A stretch of DNA of 64,000 nucleotides from the NCBI RefSeq assembly GCF_006345805.1, contig NC_043009.1:25544001-25608000 (forward strand). The letters run 5' to 3'. This DNA is from Octopus sinensis. Its lineage: Eukaryota. This document shows, piece after piece, positions 12,774 to 25,847 of this stretch. Under the pieces are notes generated by a model. The model ran no database searches and had not been told where the DNA came from. It worked only from the letters and a program-made list of their open reading frames with translations. The translations under genes and the position numbers were made by a program. How positions within the stretch are numbered: position 1 is the first letter of the stretch; the number at the start of each line of letters is the position of its first letter.

Positions 12774-13299
12774 TACATACATATATATGATTGTATATAT
12801 ATATATATATATATATAGATAGATAGATAGATAGATAGATATATATTACACGTGAATGATAACAAGCATTGCCACATAAAATGCCTTGTGCTGGTGCTAT
12901 GTAAAAGTACTCAGTACATTCAACAAAGTGGTTGGTATGACGAAGGGCATCCAGCTGTAGAAACCAAACCAAAACAGATGACTGGAGGTTGAACAGCCCT
13001 TCTGCTAGTCAGCTCCTGTCAAATGTCAAACCACCTAACCCATGTCTGCATGGAACGCAGACGTAAAATGCTGATGCTGATGATATATATATATGCGCAC
13101 ACGCACACATATACATCCATCATATACATACAAATACATGTACATATATATACATACACACACTTATATATTATATATATATATGAATATATACACAGAC
13201 ATGACAGAAGTAAATAGACAAACTTATAATCATTAGAATTTCTTTAAATCTGAAATTATACATTCAGATTATTTATTAATTGCTATAATGTGAATATTT

Positions 13300-14345
13300 A
13301 ATATCTAGTAGACAAGCCCTTTGCCTTTTAAAATGCAAGGACCCTTTTAGGCATGTTACTGATCAGATGGCAAATATTCTCTTGCGGAATTTCTTGCCAA
13401 GTTTCATGCTGTAATCTCAAAAGATCTGGCTTTGACAATGCATTCTTGTTCTTTTTATGAAGTGCCCTGTCCATTATGTCCCAGAGGTGTTCAATAGGGT
13501 CCATATCTGGTGACTGGCTTGGCCATGGAAGCTTTTTAATGCCATTCTCATCCAACAAGTCTTGGGTTATTTTTGCCATGTGACAAGGAGATCTCATCTT
13601 CCATAAATAGTCTTCTTTAATCATTTCACCACCAGAGAAGAATGGAAAGAGTCTTTTCTGCAATATGGATACATATTTATCTGAGTTTATGTTTCCCTCA
13701 CACTCCACCAGCTCTGATCAACCATTGCTCCAAATTGCTACCCAGACCATCACAGAATAGCTTCCATATTTCATTGTTGGCTGCAATCTTTTCACATCAA
13801 ATTCTTGGTCACAGAGTTTCCAGACTCACACTTGACCGCTATCAGGAAATACAGCAAATCTAAACTTATCAGAGAATTTGACTGTGTCCCAAAATGCTAG
13901 TAGCCTCTCCACCATCTCACTGGCCCAAATTTTTCTCCGCTTGATGTTGGCTGGTCAAAGAAGTGGCTTCATTCTTGCTGCTGCTCTGCTATAGTAACCA
14001 AGTTTGTGGAGATACCTGACAGCTGTTCCGAGAGTGACATCAACTTGTCCTGCTATGCCAGAGGCCTTCCAATGAGGATTATCGTCCTCACTTCTCTTAA
14101 CAAAGAAATGGGTTCTGGTAGAGGGCCCTGATTGATCTGGGTGAGGTGATGTGGACTCATTCCCCCTCTCTGGTGAATTTCACAATCACTCTATTAACTG
14201 GAGAAAGCAGGATTCCAAGGTTTACTGCGATTTTACACTGATTATGTCCATCTTCAGAATGACCTACAATATGGCCTCTTTGAAATTCAGACAGTTCCAG
14301 GGTTTCTTTTGTACGTGGCATGACTAAACAGTCACACATAGAAAC
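13300..14345 (-). mobile_element. Decayed Tc1-like (DD34E) transposase pseudogene
   Basis: N-terminal HTH ([15 protein letters not shown] 14157..14339) and catalytic C-terminus (WPSQSPDMDPIEHLW...WQEIPQENICHLISNMPKR, ORF 13328..13708); TIRs not resolved. Confidence 0.85.
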
Positions 14346-14582
14346 TGAAACATAAAAATGTCAATAAAAAAATATAAACCTTTAGAAGCTAGAATAAACA
14401 TAAAACGATATTTGATGGTGTTTCTATTTACTTCTGTCCTATGTGCATGTGTGTGTGTGTGTGTGTAGATATTTACATATATGTGCACACATACTTACAT
14501 GCATGCACTGACGTATATGAGTGTTACATGAAATTACATTTCATAGAGAATAAATATTATAAAATTGAAAGGGACAACTGAC

Positions 14583-15231
14583 CTTTAAAGGTTGCACAAA
14601 TAATATAGAACCAGACACATTGACAAACACAGATAGCAGCCAACGTAGTGATAGTTCTTTTCCCCATTTCATACTGTAAGAAAATGTAATAAATGCCGAA
14701 ACACCTATCGATGAAAACACAATCAGATACGCAATATATACTGTCCACCATGGGAATCGAAACCCTTTCAGCTGCTCTCTAATTGATGCCTTCTTTTCCT
14801 TGTCTTCTCTTGGTTGTTCTCCTCTGCTCTTTCTTGTTTTGAAAAGAAAGATGATCATAGAAGTCGGTACAATCATTATTATGGAACCGATTATTCCAAC
14901 AAAAATCTCCTTTGAAGAAATTGTTAAAATTCCGATGCGGATCACCTTTCCAGAAGGATTTTCATCTGGTTTAAAAAACATGGCACTACTGACAAGTGAC
15001 AGGTAAAGTATAGCTGTTACAGACGACAGTCTCTGTACACGTGTGAATTTACTGGCATGAGGTCGTTTAACGATCGAGAAATAGAGATGATCATCAAATA
15101 AGGATCTGTAGATTCTGCTTTTGGTCACCTCGAAGAGATCAAACAGCTGTCCAGTTGTTGGTTTTAATTTTCGGATAATCAAGCCATCACCTTTGTCAAA
15201 GGCTAACCAGTTGTTGCATTCAAAACAATAC
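14583..15231 (-). CDS. Polycystin-1-like exon: PLAT end plus TM2-TM5
   Basis: attacag acceptor, gtcagt donor, 649 bp, phase 2/0; YCFECNNWLAFDKGDG...HLYFSIVKRPHASKFTRVQRLSS...ILFVQPLK. Confidence 0.92.
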
Positions 15232-15239
15232 CTGTAATT

Positions 15240-15272
<33 letters not shown>

Positions 15273-16043
15273 GTTTCTATTTTCTTTTTGTAACATATTT
15301 CTATTACATATCATCATCATCATCATCATCGTTTAGCGTCCGCTTTCCATGCTAGCATGGGTTGGACGGGTCAACTGGGGTCTGTGAAGCTGGAAGGCTT
15401 CGTCAGGCCCAGTCAGATCTGGCAGTATATATGTATATATATATATATATATCATCATCATCAGAAATATGTTACAAAACGAAAATAGAAACTAGACGTG
15501 GAAATGTAAAGGGAAAGTAAGAAGAAAAATAAGCGAAAATGCACATTGGAAATCAAAAAAAGTAAAGGCTTTTTATGAAAAGTAACGATAGATACATATT
15601 AGATGAACTGAGGTAGGAATAAAAGTAATAAAAGTCATTATTGTGAATTGTTAAAGAGATTCTAAAGCATACCGGTTTTGAGAATTTATTAATCAATATA
15701 TAATCATTTCATGAATTTACTAATCAATATAAATGAGTAACAAAGGTGTATAAGTCTCAATTCATTCCAGCCATTTCGAGCGTCTCCTTTAATTGATCAA
15801 GCATTACATCATTTCAAAGGGAACCGTCCTCATCAGATGACCGCATCTGCATGAATATCAGGTGGGAAAAATTCTATGTAGTTTTATTGTCTGATATTGT
15901 CTGAGTGTGCAAATTAGTTCGTCTTAACAAGGTGCCTCATTTTAAGTATCTAATTCAACTAAATCTAAATTACATTTTATATATATATATATTTATGTGT
16001 GTGTGTATATATATATATATTTATATATGTATATATATATATA

Positions 16044-19000
16044 TCATCATCATCATCATCATCATCGTTTAGCGTCCGTTTTCCATGCTAGCATGGGTTG
16101 AACGGGTCAACTGGGGTCTGTGAAGCTGGAAGGCTTCGTCAGGCCCAGTCAGATCTGGCAGTGTTTCTACGGCTGGATGCCCTTCCTAACGCCAACCACT
16201 CCGCGAGTGTAGTGGGTGTTTTTTTACGTGCCACCTGCACAGGTGCCAGACAGAGCTGGCGAACGGCCACGAACGGATGGTGCTTTTACGTGTCACCCGC
16301 ACGGGGCTAGGCGATGCTGGCAACGGACACGAACGGATGGTGCTTTTACGTGCCACCGACACGGGGCCAGACAGAGCTGGCAACCGGCCACGAACAGACG
16401 GTGCTTTTACGTGTCACCGGCACGGGGGCCAGCCGAGGCTGGCAACGGACACGGACGGATGGTGCTTTTACGTGCCACCGACACGGGGCCAGACAGAGCT
16501 GGCAAATGGCCACGAACGGATGGTGCTTTTACGTGTCACCGGCACGGGGGCCAGCCGAGGCTGACAACGGACGCGAACAGATGGTGCTTTTACGTGCCAC
16601 CGACACGGTTGCCAGACAGAGCTGGCAAACGGCCACGAGCGGACGGTGCTTTTACGTGTCACCGGCACGGGGGCCAGCCGAGGCTGGCAACGGACACGGA
16701 CGGATGGTGCTTTTACGTGCCACCGACATGGGGCCAGACAGAGCTGGCAAACGGCCACGAACGGATGGTGCTTTTACGTGCCACCGACACGGGGCCAGAC
16801 AGAGCTGGCCAACGGCCACGAACGGACGGTGCTTTTACGTGTCACCGGCACGGGGCCAGGCGAGGCTGGCAACGAACACGAACGGATGGTGCTTTTACGT
16901 GCCACCGACACGGGGCCAGGCAGAGCTGGCAAACGGCCATGAGCGAATGGTGCTTTTACGTATCACCGGCACGGGTGCCAGACGAGGCTGACAGCGGACA
17001 CGCAGATGGGTCACTTAACCCCTGCTTTCTGATATATGATTTGATTTTGATTGTTCTCACTGGTCTTGCCAGGTCTTCTCACGCACAGCATACTTCCATA
17101 GGTCTCGGTCTCTGGTCATTTCCTTGGTGAGACCTAGAGTTCGAAGGTCGTGCTTCACCACCTCGACCCAGGTTTTCCTGGGTCTACCTCTTCCACAGGT
17201 CCCCTCAACTGCCAGGGTGTGGCACTTTTTCACACACCTATCTTCATCCATTCTCACCACATGACCATACCAGCGCAATCGTCTCTCTTGCACACAACAT
17301 CTGATTCCTCTTAGGTCCAACTTTTCTCTCAAGGTACTTACACTCTGTCGACTATGAACACTGACATTACACATCCAACGGAGCATACTAGCTTCATTTC
17401 TCGCGAGCTTACGCATGTCCTCAGCAGTCACGGCCCATGTTTCACTGCCATGTAGCATGGCTGTTCGTACACATGCATCATACAGTCTGCCTTTTACTCT
17501 GAGCGAGAGGCCTTTAGTCACCAACAGAGGTAAGAGCTCCCTAAACTTTGCCCAGGCTATTCTTACTCTAGCCGTTACACTTTCAGCACACCCACCCCCA
17601 CTACTGACTTGGTCACCAATAACGGAAGCTATCAACTACTTCTAGTTTTTCCCCTGGAAAGTGACGGAAGTTGTTTTCTGCAGATTTTCAGAGGTTAATG
17701 CTCCGAGCATCTGCCACATACAAAAACCATCTTCCTAGTTAGCCTTCCTATGACATTGCTGCACCTCTTATGTGTCCATAGCTTACACTTGGTGCATCTT
17801 ATAGAGTTTCTACCTACACCTTTTCTACAGATCGAGCAGGGCCATCTACCTGAAGGCGTTTGTGATTTGTCTACCTTCCTACTTATTACGACTTTGGTTT
17901 TAGCTAGGTTGACTCTAAGGCCCTTCGATTCTAAACCATGCTTCCACACCTGAAACTTCTTCTCCAGTTCTGATAATGACTCAGCAATTAGAGCAAGGTC
18001 ATCAGCATAGAGGAGCTCCCAGGGGCATCCTGTCTTGAATTCCTCCGTTATTGCCTGGAGGACTATGATAAATAGGAGGGGGCTGAGGACTGAGCCTTGG
18101 TGGACCCCTACCTCTACCCGGAATTCTTCACTGTACTCATTTCCAACCCTCACCTTACTAGCAGCGTCCCTGTACATGGCTTGCACAGCTCTCACTAACC
18201 ATTCTTCTATCCTAGTTTCCTCATTGACCACCATATGAGGGATCGGGGGACCCTGTCGAAGGCTTTCTCCATGTCAACAAAAGCCAGGTACAGGGCCTTA
18301 TCTTTGGCTAGGTATTTCTCCTGCAGCTGCCTTACCAGGAATATAGCATCAGTGGTACTTTTCCCTGGCACGAAACCAAACTGCATCTCATCTAAACTAA
18401 CTCTCTCTCTAATTAGTTGGCTTATGACCCTCTCTGTAACCTTCATCACCTGATCCAACAGCTTGATACCTCTGTAATTATTTGTATCTAGGGCATCACC
18501 TTTACCTTTGTAGCAGTTGACTATTATGCTGCTACACCAGTCATTGGGTATGACTCCTTCATGTATCACCTGATTAACTATACAGGTGACTAGGCTATAG
18601 CCGACACTACCAGATATTTTGAGCATCTCTGCAGTGATACCTGATGGGCCTGGGGCTTTCCCTGTCTTCATGCTTCTAATTGCCTTAGCTACTAAGGAAC
18701 TATCAACCCTGATAGCTGGTCTCTCTGTTGGGTCAACGTTCGGCAGACTCTTTATCCCATTCATTTTCTTTATTCAGCAACCTTTCATAGTGGCATCTCC
18801 AAGCCTCTCTCTTTGCATCCTCGTTTAGCGCAAGTGAACCATCTTCCATGCGAACACACTTCTCTCCCACCACATCACAATTCTCTCTCACCACTGTCTT
18901 GCAACGCGAAACACCTCCAGTCTTTGGTCCTCACGGCGCAGAACATTGGCAAATTTTTTCTTATCTGCTTCCCCTCTGGCTAGATAGACCTGTCTCCTAG

Positions 19001-19741
19001 CTTCCCTTTTAGCAGTCTGATACAATTCCCTGCTACCACCATTCTTCCAGTGCTTCCAAGTCTGTCTCTCTTCTCTAATAGCCCTGTCTACGACACTGTT
19101 CCACCACCACGTTACCTTGGGACGAGAGGGGACTTTGCACCAGCCACAGATCTGGTCAGTGGCTCTCAGCAGGTTGTCCCTTAGAAACGTCCAGTTGTCC
19201 TCTACCCCATGTGATACACTATCCCCTTCTACTTCGTCAAAGGCTTCAAGTAACATGTCTCTAAATCTCTGTCCATTCACAGGATCCTTAAGCTTCCAGA
19301 TCCTTCTTCTCCATGTTGGTCGTCTTCTGGTTGTCCTCCTACTCCTGATCCTAAAGTCACTAACTACCAGTCTATGTTGTGGGGTGCATTCTTCGCCTGG
19401 GAAGGTTTTGGCATTTATAAGTAGCCATCTCTCCCTTTGCCTGGCAAGGATGTAGTCAATTTGGCTGGTATGTTGGCCCGATCGGTAGGTGACTAGGTGG
19501 CTGGTAGGTTTCCTGAAGTTAGTGTTGCAAATCATAAGATTATTTGCATCGCAGAACTCCAGCAGCCTGGTTCCCTCCTCGTTGCGGGAACCAGAGCCAT
19601 AGCCTCCATGTACACCGTGGAAGCCCCCAGCATGTCGTCCAACGTGACCATTGAAGTCACCAGCCACAAGAGAAGGTCTCTGTCGTTCGTCAACGAGGTA
19701 GTCTGCAGTAGAGTGTCATAGAATCGGTCTTTCTGTCCATC

Positions 19742-19743
<2 letters not shown>
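16044..19743 (-). mobile_element. RTE-clade LINE, 5'-truncated within the AP endonuclease, frameshifted, with a long 3' UTR ending in (GAT)n
   Basis: APE (GDFNGHVG, QIDYIL, HRLVV), RT (KAPGPSG, NYRGIKLL, DMEKAFDRV, GVHQGSVLSPLLF, YADDL), thumb (LHGSETW, RLRWYGHV, GRGRPRKTW) in ORFs 18888..19667, 18207..18764, 17695..18234 and 17057..17635. Confidence 0.95.
16222..17010. repeat. Minisatellite of 13 units of about 61 bp with A/B dimer higher-order structure, in the RTE 3' UTR
   Basis: Units start ttttacgt at about 16222, 16284, 16344, 16405, 16466, 16527, 16588, 16650, 16711, 16772, 16833, 16893 and 16954. Confidence 0.92.
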
Positions 19744-19795
<52 letters not shown>

Positions 19796-20165
19796 ATGTA
19801 TGTATATGTATATATGCACATATACATATGTACCTGTTTTTTCTATTTACAAACACACACATATATTACAGACAAGAAAGTAAATTTTGAATGCAGTAAA
19901 TCTGTGAGGACTGCAGAGAAATATTGGGTGTTTATCCTTATAAGACAGAAAAAAATTGACAGTCAGCGGCTATGGGAATTGAACCCTTACTCCCCAGATA
20001 CTCTCTGATTCCTCGTAAGTGTAAGCTATAATTTTCGTCTGAATGCATGCTGTTCTTAATGATCGGTGATGGTCTACCTCAGTCACGACTGGACAGCTAT
20101 CATACAGACAGACACACACACACACACCCATATCTACCGAGTATATTGATCTAAAAATGTCTTAC

Positions 20166-20320
20166 CAATTATTTGTAGTCATATCTTTGATTTCAATATT
20201 GGTCAAGAACCAATCTGGACTTTTACCTTCACTGTCATGCCAAAGTTTTAGAGACTGCAGTGGCCCAAGATGGACATTGGTTTGCAAAATAAAATCTGAC
20301 ATTGTTCCACTCCTGAAATT
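20166..20320 (-). CDS. Polycystin-1-like exon: PLAT domain core (absent from the ORF track)
   Basis: cattacag acceptor, gtaaga donor, 155 bp, phase 0/2; manual translation NFRSGTMSDFILQTNVHLGPLQSLKLWHDSEGKSPDWFLTNIEIKDMTTNNW. Confidence 0.9.
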
Positions 20321-20400
20321 CTGTAATGATCATCACCAGAAGAAAAACAAAAGGAAGAAAATATTAATAACATCAGCAACACTAACAACAACAACCACGT

Positions 20401-20585
20401 GGAGGCGCAATGGCCCAGTGGTTAGGGCAGCGGACTTGCAGTCATAAGAATGCGGTTTCAATTCCCAGACCGAGCATTGTGAGTGTTTATTGAGCAAAAA
20501 CACCTAAGCTCCACGAGGCTCCGGCGGGAGTGGTGGTGAACCCCGCTGTACTCTTTCACCACAACTTTCTCTCACTCTTTCTTCC
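20401..20585 (+). mobile_element. tRNA-derived SINE (head GGAGGCGCAATGGCCCAGTGGTTAGGGC)
   Basis: Pol III A box TGGCCCAGTGG and B-box-like GGTTTCAATTCC; minus-strand relatives at about 49198-49495 and 56480-56793. Confidence 0.75.
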
Positions 20586-21109
20586 ATGGTGTAACCATGG
20601 TGTAACCCACTTTGGTGTAATAAACTTTCAGACTCTAGTCTAGATTGCGAATCCTCTGTACCCCAGGATGGTTCAGCTCCCCACCTCTTAAATGCCACCA
20701 TTTACGGAATGAGGATAACAACGTAGCTTTCATGCCCATGCAACTGCCAGTCTATTGCATGTGGTGGGTGGATCTTCAAGTTGCTACACACATTCTCAGT
20801 AGCTTAGAGTAGGCTCGAATTAGAGTTTATTCTTTATGGCTGATGGCGTGAGACAACAACCACTGATTCAAAGTGTTATGGTGTACATGTTTTATCTTGG
20901 TATAAAAGATGGGATACAGCAAATACTCTGCTCAATACTATAGATTAACTTGCCAGTAGATTGAGAATTTCTCTTTGTGGCTGACAAGATGTGCATATCT
21001 GATTGAAAGCAGAAGTAGTGAGGAAGCATCGTAGCTATGTGTTGAGAGGGATTCTTTGGGGCTTGAATACATCACCTCAGGAAACATGGATTTTGTTCAC
21101 CATTCTTAA

Positions 21110-21328
21110 CCCTTTAGTATTTAAACCGGCCATATCCGGCCAAAATAGTTAATCTGTTTTCTGTTCAAACTGACCAAATCCAGGCTCTCACACCTACCCT
21201 ACAATGTTATTCTACATTAAGTAATTACACTATCAAGATCTTGAAGATATGGGATAATGCATGATTAATTCAAATCAATGGGAATCAATAGGCATTATGT
21301 TTGATAGAATAATCTGAACACTAAAGGG
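21110..21328. mobile_element. piggyBac-type MITE
   Basis: TTAA|CCCTTTAGTATT ... AACACTAAAGGG|TTAA: TTAA TSD and short TIRs. Confidence 0.8.
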
Positions 21329-21584
21329 TTAAACAACCCTTATTCAGGGACCTTTTGAATGGTATGAGGTACTCAACCTGAAGAAAACTCTAATAGGGTC
21401 CCACCTGCAAGGTTGTGCACTGTTTATCTCAATAAGCAGTCAGTGTGTCGTGCACATATGGTTGTGATGCATGTGCCTCGTGTAACCTTATTAGATGGGT
21501 AGTCATAGCGGGTATATCGGGCTTTGTATATTTGTACCTCAGTGTCACTTAGATGGTGTGTAATGCTCTCTATACAACAACAAC

Positions 21585-21612
21585 AACAGCAATAATAATA
21601 ATAATAATAATA

Positions 21613-21655
<43 letters not shown>

Positions 21656-21660
21656 TCCTT
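21585..21660. repeat. (AAT)n microsatellite; a second (AAT)n(GAT)n tract lies at 21845-21950
   Basis: Direct inspection. Confidence 0.95.
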
Positions 21661-21844
21661 TCTACTATAGACCCAAAGTCTGGAATTTGGGGGTGAGGAT
21701 TAAGTCAATTACATTGACCCCAGTGCGTAACTGGTATTATTTAATCGACCCCAAAAGAATGAAAGGCAAAGTCGATTTGGTGGAATTTAAAATCAGAATG
21801 TTATGACTGGCAAAATACTGCTAAGCCTTTCCTCCAGCATGCTA

Positions 21845-21918
<74 letters not shown>

Positions 21919-21919
21919 C

Positions 21920-21950
<31 letters not shown>

Positions 21951-22329
21951 GTGGTGAATAAATACTGAAGCATAAAAATTTATAAATAAATAAAATGAAA
22001 GAAAAGATAGGTAAATAAAATGAATTTTCTTTCCATTGACTGTACAACTCCTTACATATGTAGAAAACTGAAATGAGATTGTGTGAGCTTCATGCCTTAG
22101 CCAAGAGTATCTATGGTGTAAGTTAAGAAACTTGCCTTCAATTATAATATATAGATATACAAATACAAACTGAACAAGGAACAAAATAGAACTCAAGACA
22201 CTTCAATGTCTGGCCCACAGATATGCTGTGACCCTTCTTTGTCTCTTCCATTTGTACTACAATAATCTCTGCTCTATCAGGGCTGTTGGTCTTGTACCAA
22301 CTCTAATTGAACAGATCCTATTTAATTGT

Positions 22330-22440
22330 ATTTCCTTTCCCATCACCCAAATTGTACCCAGACCCTTAGCTCTTGCACTGACGATTATTCCCAGTCTTTC
22401 TTCCCCAGAACATTGGCTTTTTGGAACTCCCTCACTGTAT
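22330..22440 (+). mobile_element. CR1/L2-like LINE 3'-end relic
   Basis: Translation CTDDYSQSFFPRTLAFWNSL matches the SFFPRT..WNSL C-terminal motif of CR1/L2 ORF2. Confidence 0.6.
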
Positions 22441-22872
22441 CAGTCGCATTGGTCTTCGACAATAATAACCGAGAGCCAATAAGGGAAAGGGGAAATTCTA
22501 ATGCAGTTACTCAAACTGATAGAAATGTGAGCCAATTCTCAATGAAATTGTACCATACTGTCTCACAGAAAGGAGAGACAGACAGAAAATATACCATGTC
22601 TGATGCAAAAGCTGTTGGTGACAGCTTGTACACCTTTGAGCATTTGGAGCTAAGTAAAAACAATTCGTCCTAATTTTAGCACACATTCAGCCGTTTTGAG
22701 GGGAGGGGGAAGTCAATTACATTGATTCCGGTACTTGACGGGTACTTTATTGTACCGACCCCAAAAAAATGAAAGACAAAGTTGACCTAGGTGGAATTTG
22801 AATGCCTAATGCAGAGAACTGAATGTAAAACAAAAATCTAAAGATGGTACTGTTTGTTGATTGCATACTTAC

Positions 22873-23043
22873 TTTTCTGACGCCATCTTTGAGAATTCGT
22901 ATGTCGGTCTTCCCTGATTTTCCTTTCAGTAAAAAATATGGAGTGGCCGTAAAGGAGCGTGGTGATTGTATTCCAGTGTATACTCTTAGTAGATACAAAT
23001 ACTTATCTTTGGCTACGTTGTCTACCAAAGGTAGGAATTCCCA
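22873..23043 (-). CDS. Polycystin-1-like exon: PLAT domain, N-terminal part
   Basis: tgtgtag acceptor, gtaagt donor, 171 bp; WEFLPLVDNVAKDKYLYLLRVYTG...TDIRILKDGVRK. Confidence 0.9.
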
Positions 23044-23340
23044 CTACACAAAAATGGAAACAGAAAATTACGGAAAACAGCAGAGACAAACAGTCGAACG
23101 GTTATCAATTGCTTCCAGTTTTTATGCATGACTCTTTGGAAACTGATAGATAAATATTTGGGAGAAGCTAATTTATAAGCTGTATATATGGCAAGAGGCT
23201 ATAGTAGAAGACACTTGCTCAAGTGGGACTGAACCCGGAACCATGTGTTTGGTAAGCAAGCTTCTTACCACACAGCCACTCCTGTGCCTATTTATAAATA
23301 TATACATATTTACACACATACACACACACAGATATATATA

Positions 23341-23359
<19 letters not shown>

Positions 23360-23378
<19 letters not shown>

Positions 23379-25577
23379 ATAAGTGGAACAACATCGCAAT
23401 AGAGTACAATAAAACATTCGGACAGATAGACGATACAAGGTGGACAAGAGAAACAACAATTAGAAGGACAGGCCAAAAAATGACGGTTCATTCGTGGCGT
23501 TTTTCCTCAGTCAAGTCCCAGAAGACATGACGGTTTCAGGTAGATAAACTAGTTTTGCTGGTAAATTTGAAATGTTTATATTAATTTAGCATTAGAATTC
23601 TTCAAGTTGTATAAAAATAGTTATTGTCTGCATCATACAAAAGAGAAATAAATTCTGCATAAGGTGTAAAAGATAAAAATAATTTGTATGGTGTTAGCAA
23701 CAAAATATTTTGTAAGAAATAGAACTTTTATCGTTGGTCTTAAATTTATTTTCGCCAGTGTATATATATATGTATATACATATTTATTATATATATATAC
23801 ACACACATACGTATATATATATCGCTGCCTAGACTGGCTTCCGTGCCGGTGGCACGTAGATCCCCGGTTGAACCGTCCAACCCATGCTAGCATGGAGAAC
23901 GGACGTTAAACAATGATGAACTATATGTATATATATATTTACATATATAAATCTATCTATCTATATATATATATATACTCTCTTTTACTTGTTTCAGTCA
24001 TTTGACTGCAACCATGCTGGAGCACCGCCTTTAGTCAAGCAAATCGACCGCAGGACTTATTCTTTGTAAGCCTAGTACTTATTTTATCAGTGTCTTTTGC
24101 CAAACCGCTAAGCTATGGGGACGTAAACACACCAGCATTGGTTGTCAAGCAATGTTGGGGAAACAAACACAAACACACAAACAAACACACACACATATAT
24201 ATACATATACATATATACAATGGGCTTCTTTCAGTTTCCGTCTACCAAATCCACTCACAAGGCTTTGGTCGGCCTGAGGCTATAGTAGAAGACACTTGCC
24301 CAAGGTGCCATGCAGTGGGATTGAACCCAGAAACACAGCCACTCCTGTGTCTATGTACATATTTATATATATATATATATACATGTGCATCCAATAACAT
24401 TGTAATTATTCCACGTCCTTGGGTTGCTGTTTTTTCTTGCTTGTTCATGTTTGGATATATATATATATATTATATATATATATAATATATATATATATCC
24501 ATAAGTGGAACAACATCGCAATAGAGTACAATAAAACATTCGGACAGATAGACGATACAAGGTGGACAAGAGAAACAACAATTAGAAGGACAGGCCAAAA
24601 AATGACGGTTCATTCGTGGCGTTTTTCCTCAGTCAAGTCCCAGAAGACATGACGGTTTCAGGTAGATAAACTAGTTTTGCTGGTAAATTTGAAATGTTTA
24701 TATTAATTTAGCATTAGAATTCTTCAAGTTGTATAAAAATAGTTATTGTCTGCATCATACAAAAGAGAAATAAATTCTGCATAAGGTGTAAAAGATAAAA
24801 ATAATTTGTATGGTGTTAGCAACAAAATATTTTGTAAGAAATAGAACTTTTATCGTTGGTCTTAAATTTATTTTCGCCAGTGTATATATATATGTATATA
24901 CATATTTATTTATATATATATACACACACATACGTATATATATATCGCTGCCTAGACTGGCTTCCGTGCCGGTGGCACGTAGATCCCCGGTTGAACCGTC
25001 CAACCCATGCTAGCATGGAGAACGGACGTTAAACAATGATGAACTATATGTATATATATATTTACATATATAAATCTATCTATCTATATATATATATATA
25101 CTCTCTTTTACTTGTTTCAGTCATTTGACTGCAACCATGCTGGAGCACCGCCTTTAGTCAAGCAAATCGACCGCAGGACTTATTCTTTGTAAGCCTAGTA
25201 CTTATTTTATCAGTGTCTTTTGCCAAACCGCTAAGCTATGGGGACGTAAACACACCAGCATTGGTTGTCAAGCAATGTTGGGGAAACAAACACAAACACA
25301 CAAACAAACACACACACATATATATACATATACATATATACAATGGGCTTCTTTCAGTTTCCGTCTACCAAATCCACTCACAAGGCTTTGGTCGGCCTGA
25401 GGCTATAGTAGAAGACACTTGCCCAAGGTGCCATGCAGTGGGATTGAACCCAGAAACACAGCCACTCCTGTGTCTATGTACATATTTATATATATATATA
25501 TATACATGTGCATCCAATAACATTGTAATTATTCCACGTCCTTGGGTTGCTGTTTTTTCTTGCTTGTTCATGTTTGG

Positions 25578-25602
<25 letters not shown>
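23360..25602. repeat. Near-perfect tandem duplication of a 1.12-kb unit (two copies), bounded by (TA)n
   Basis: ccataagtggaacaac at 23377 and 24499 (period 1122); duplicated ORFs 24090..24485 and 25213..; each unit contains SINE pieces. Confidence 0.93.
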
Positions 25603-25609
<7 letters not shown>

Positions 25610-25847
25610 TGACGGATGAAGAGGACAACAGAAAAAGAGAAGGAAATACAACGGGCCTTACCTCAGCGAAGATCAGATCTCTCTCAACAAAGTCAATGCG
25701 TCTCGTCGCTTCCTCGTCTCAGCTCCAACTGCCGGCTTCATTGATCTCACACGTGCATGCTGCCTCACCGCTTCCGCTTCCCACCACGCATGTGCCCTGC
25801 AAGCCCTACTTCCACCCTCCCTTATCTGTTGTCCTCTCCACCGACAC
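25603..25847 (-). repeat. 3' LTR (first few bases lost or merged into the PPT)
   Basis: Direct repeat of 29156-29400; preceded on the minus strand by tcaggggggg. Confidence 0.93.

Noticed and set aside
16222-17010. Regularly spaced repeats of about 61 bp resembling a CRISPR array
   Set aside because: The whole unit repeats with only two variant types, there are no unique spacers and no cas genes, and the context is eukaryotic and inside a LINE 3' UTR
16216-17130. ORFs of 304 aa and 225 aa over the minisatellite
   Set aside because: Stop-free translations of a GC-rich tandem repeat with no domain content
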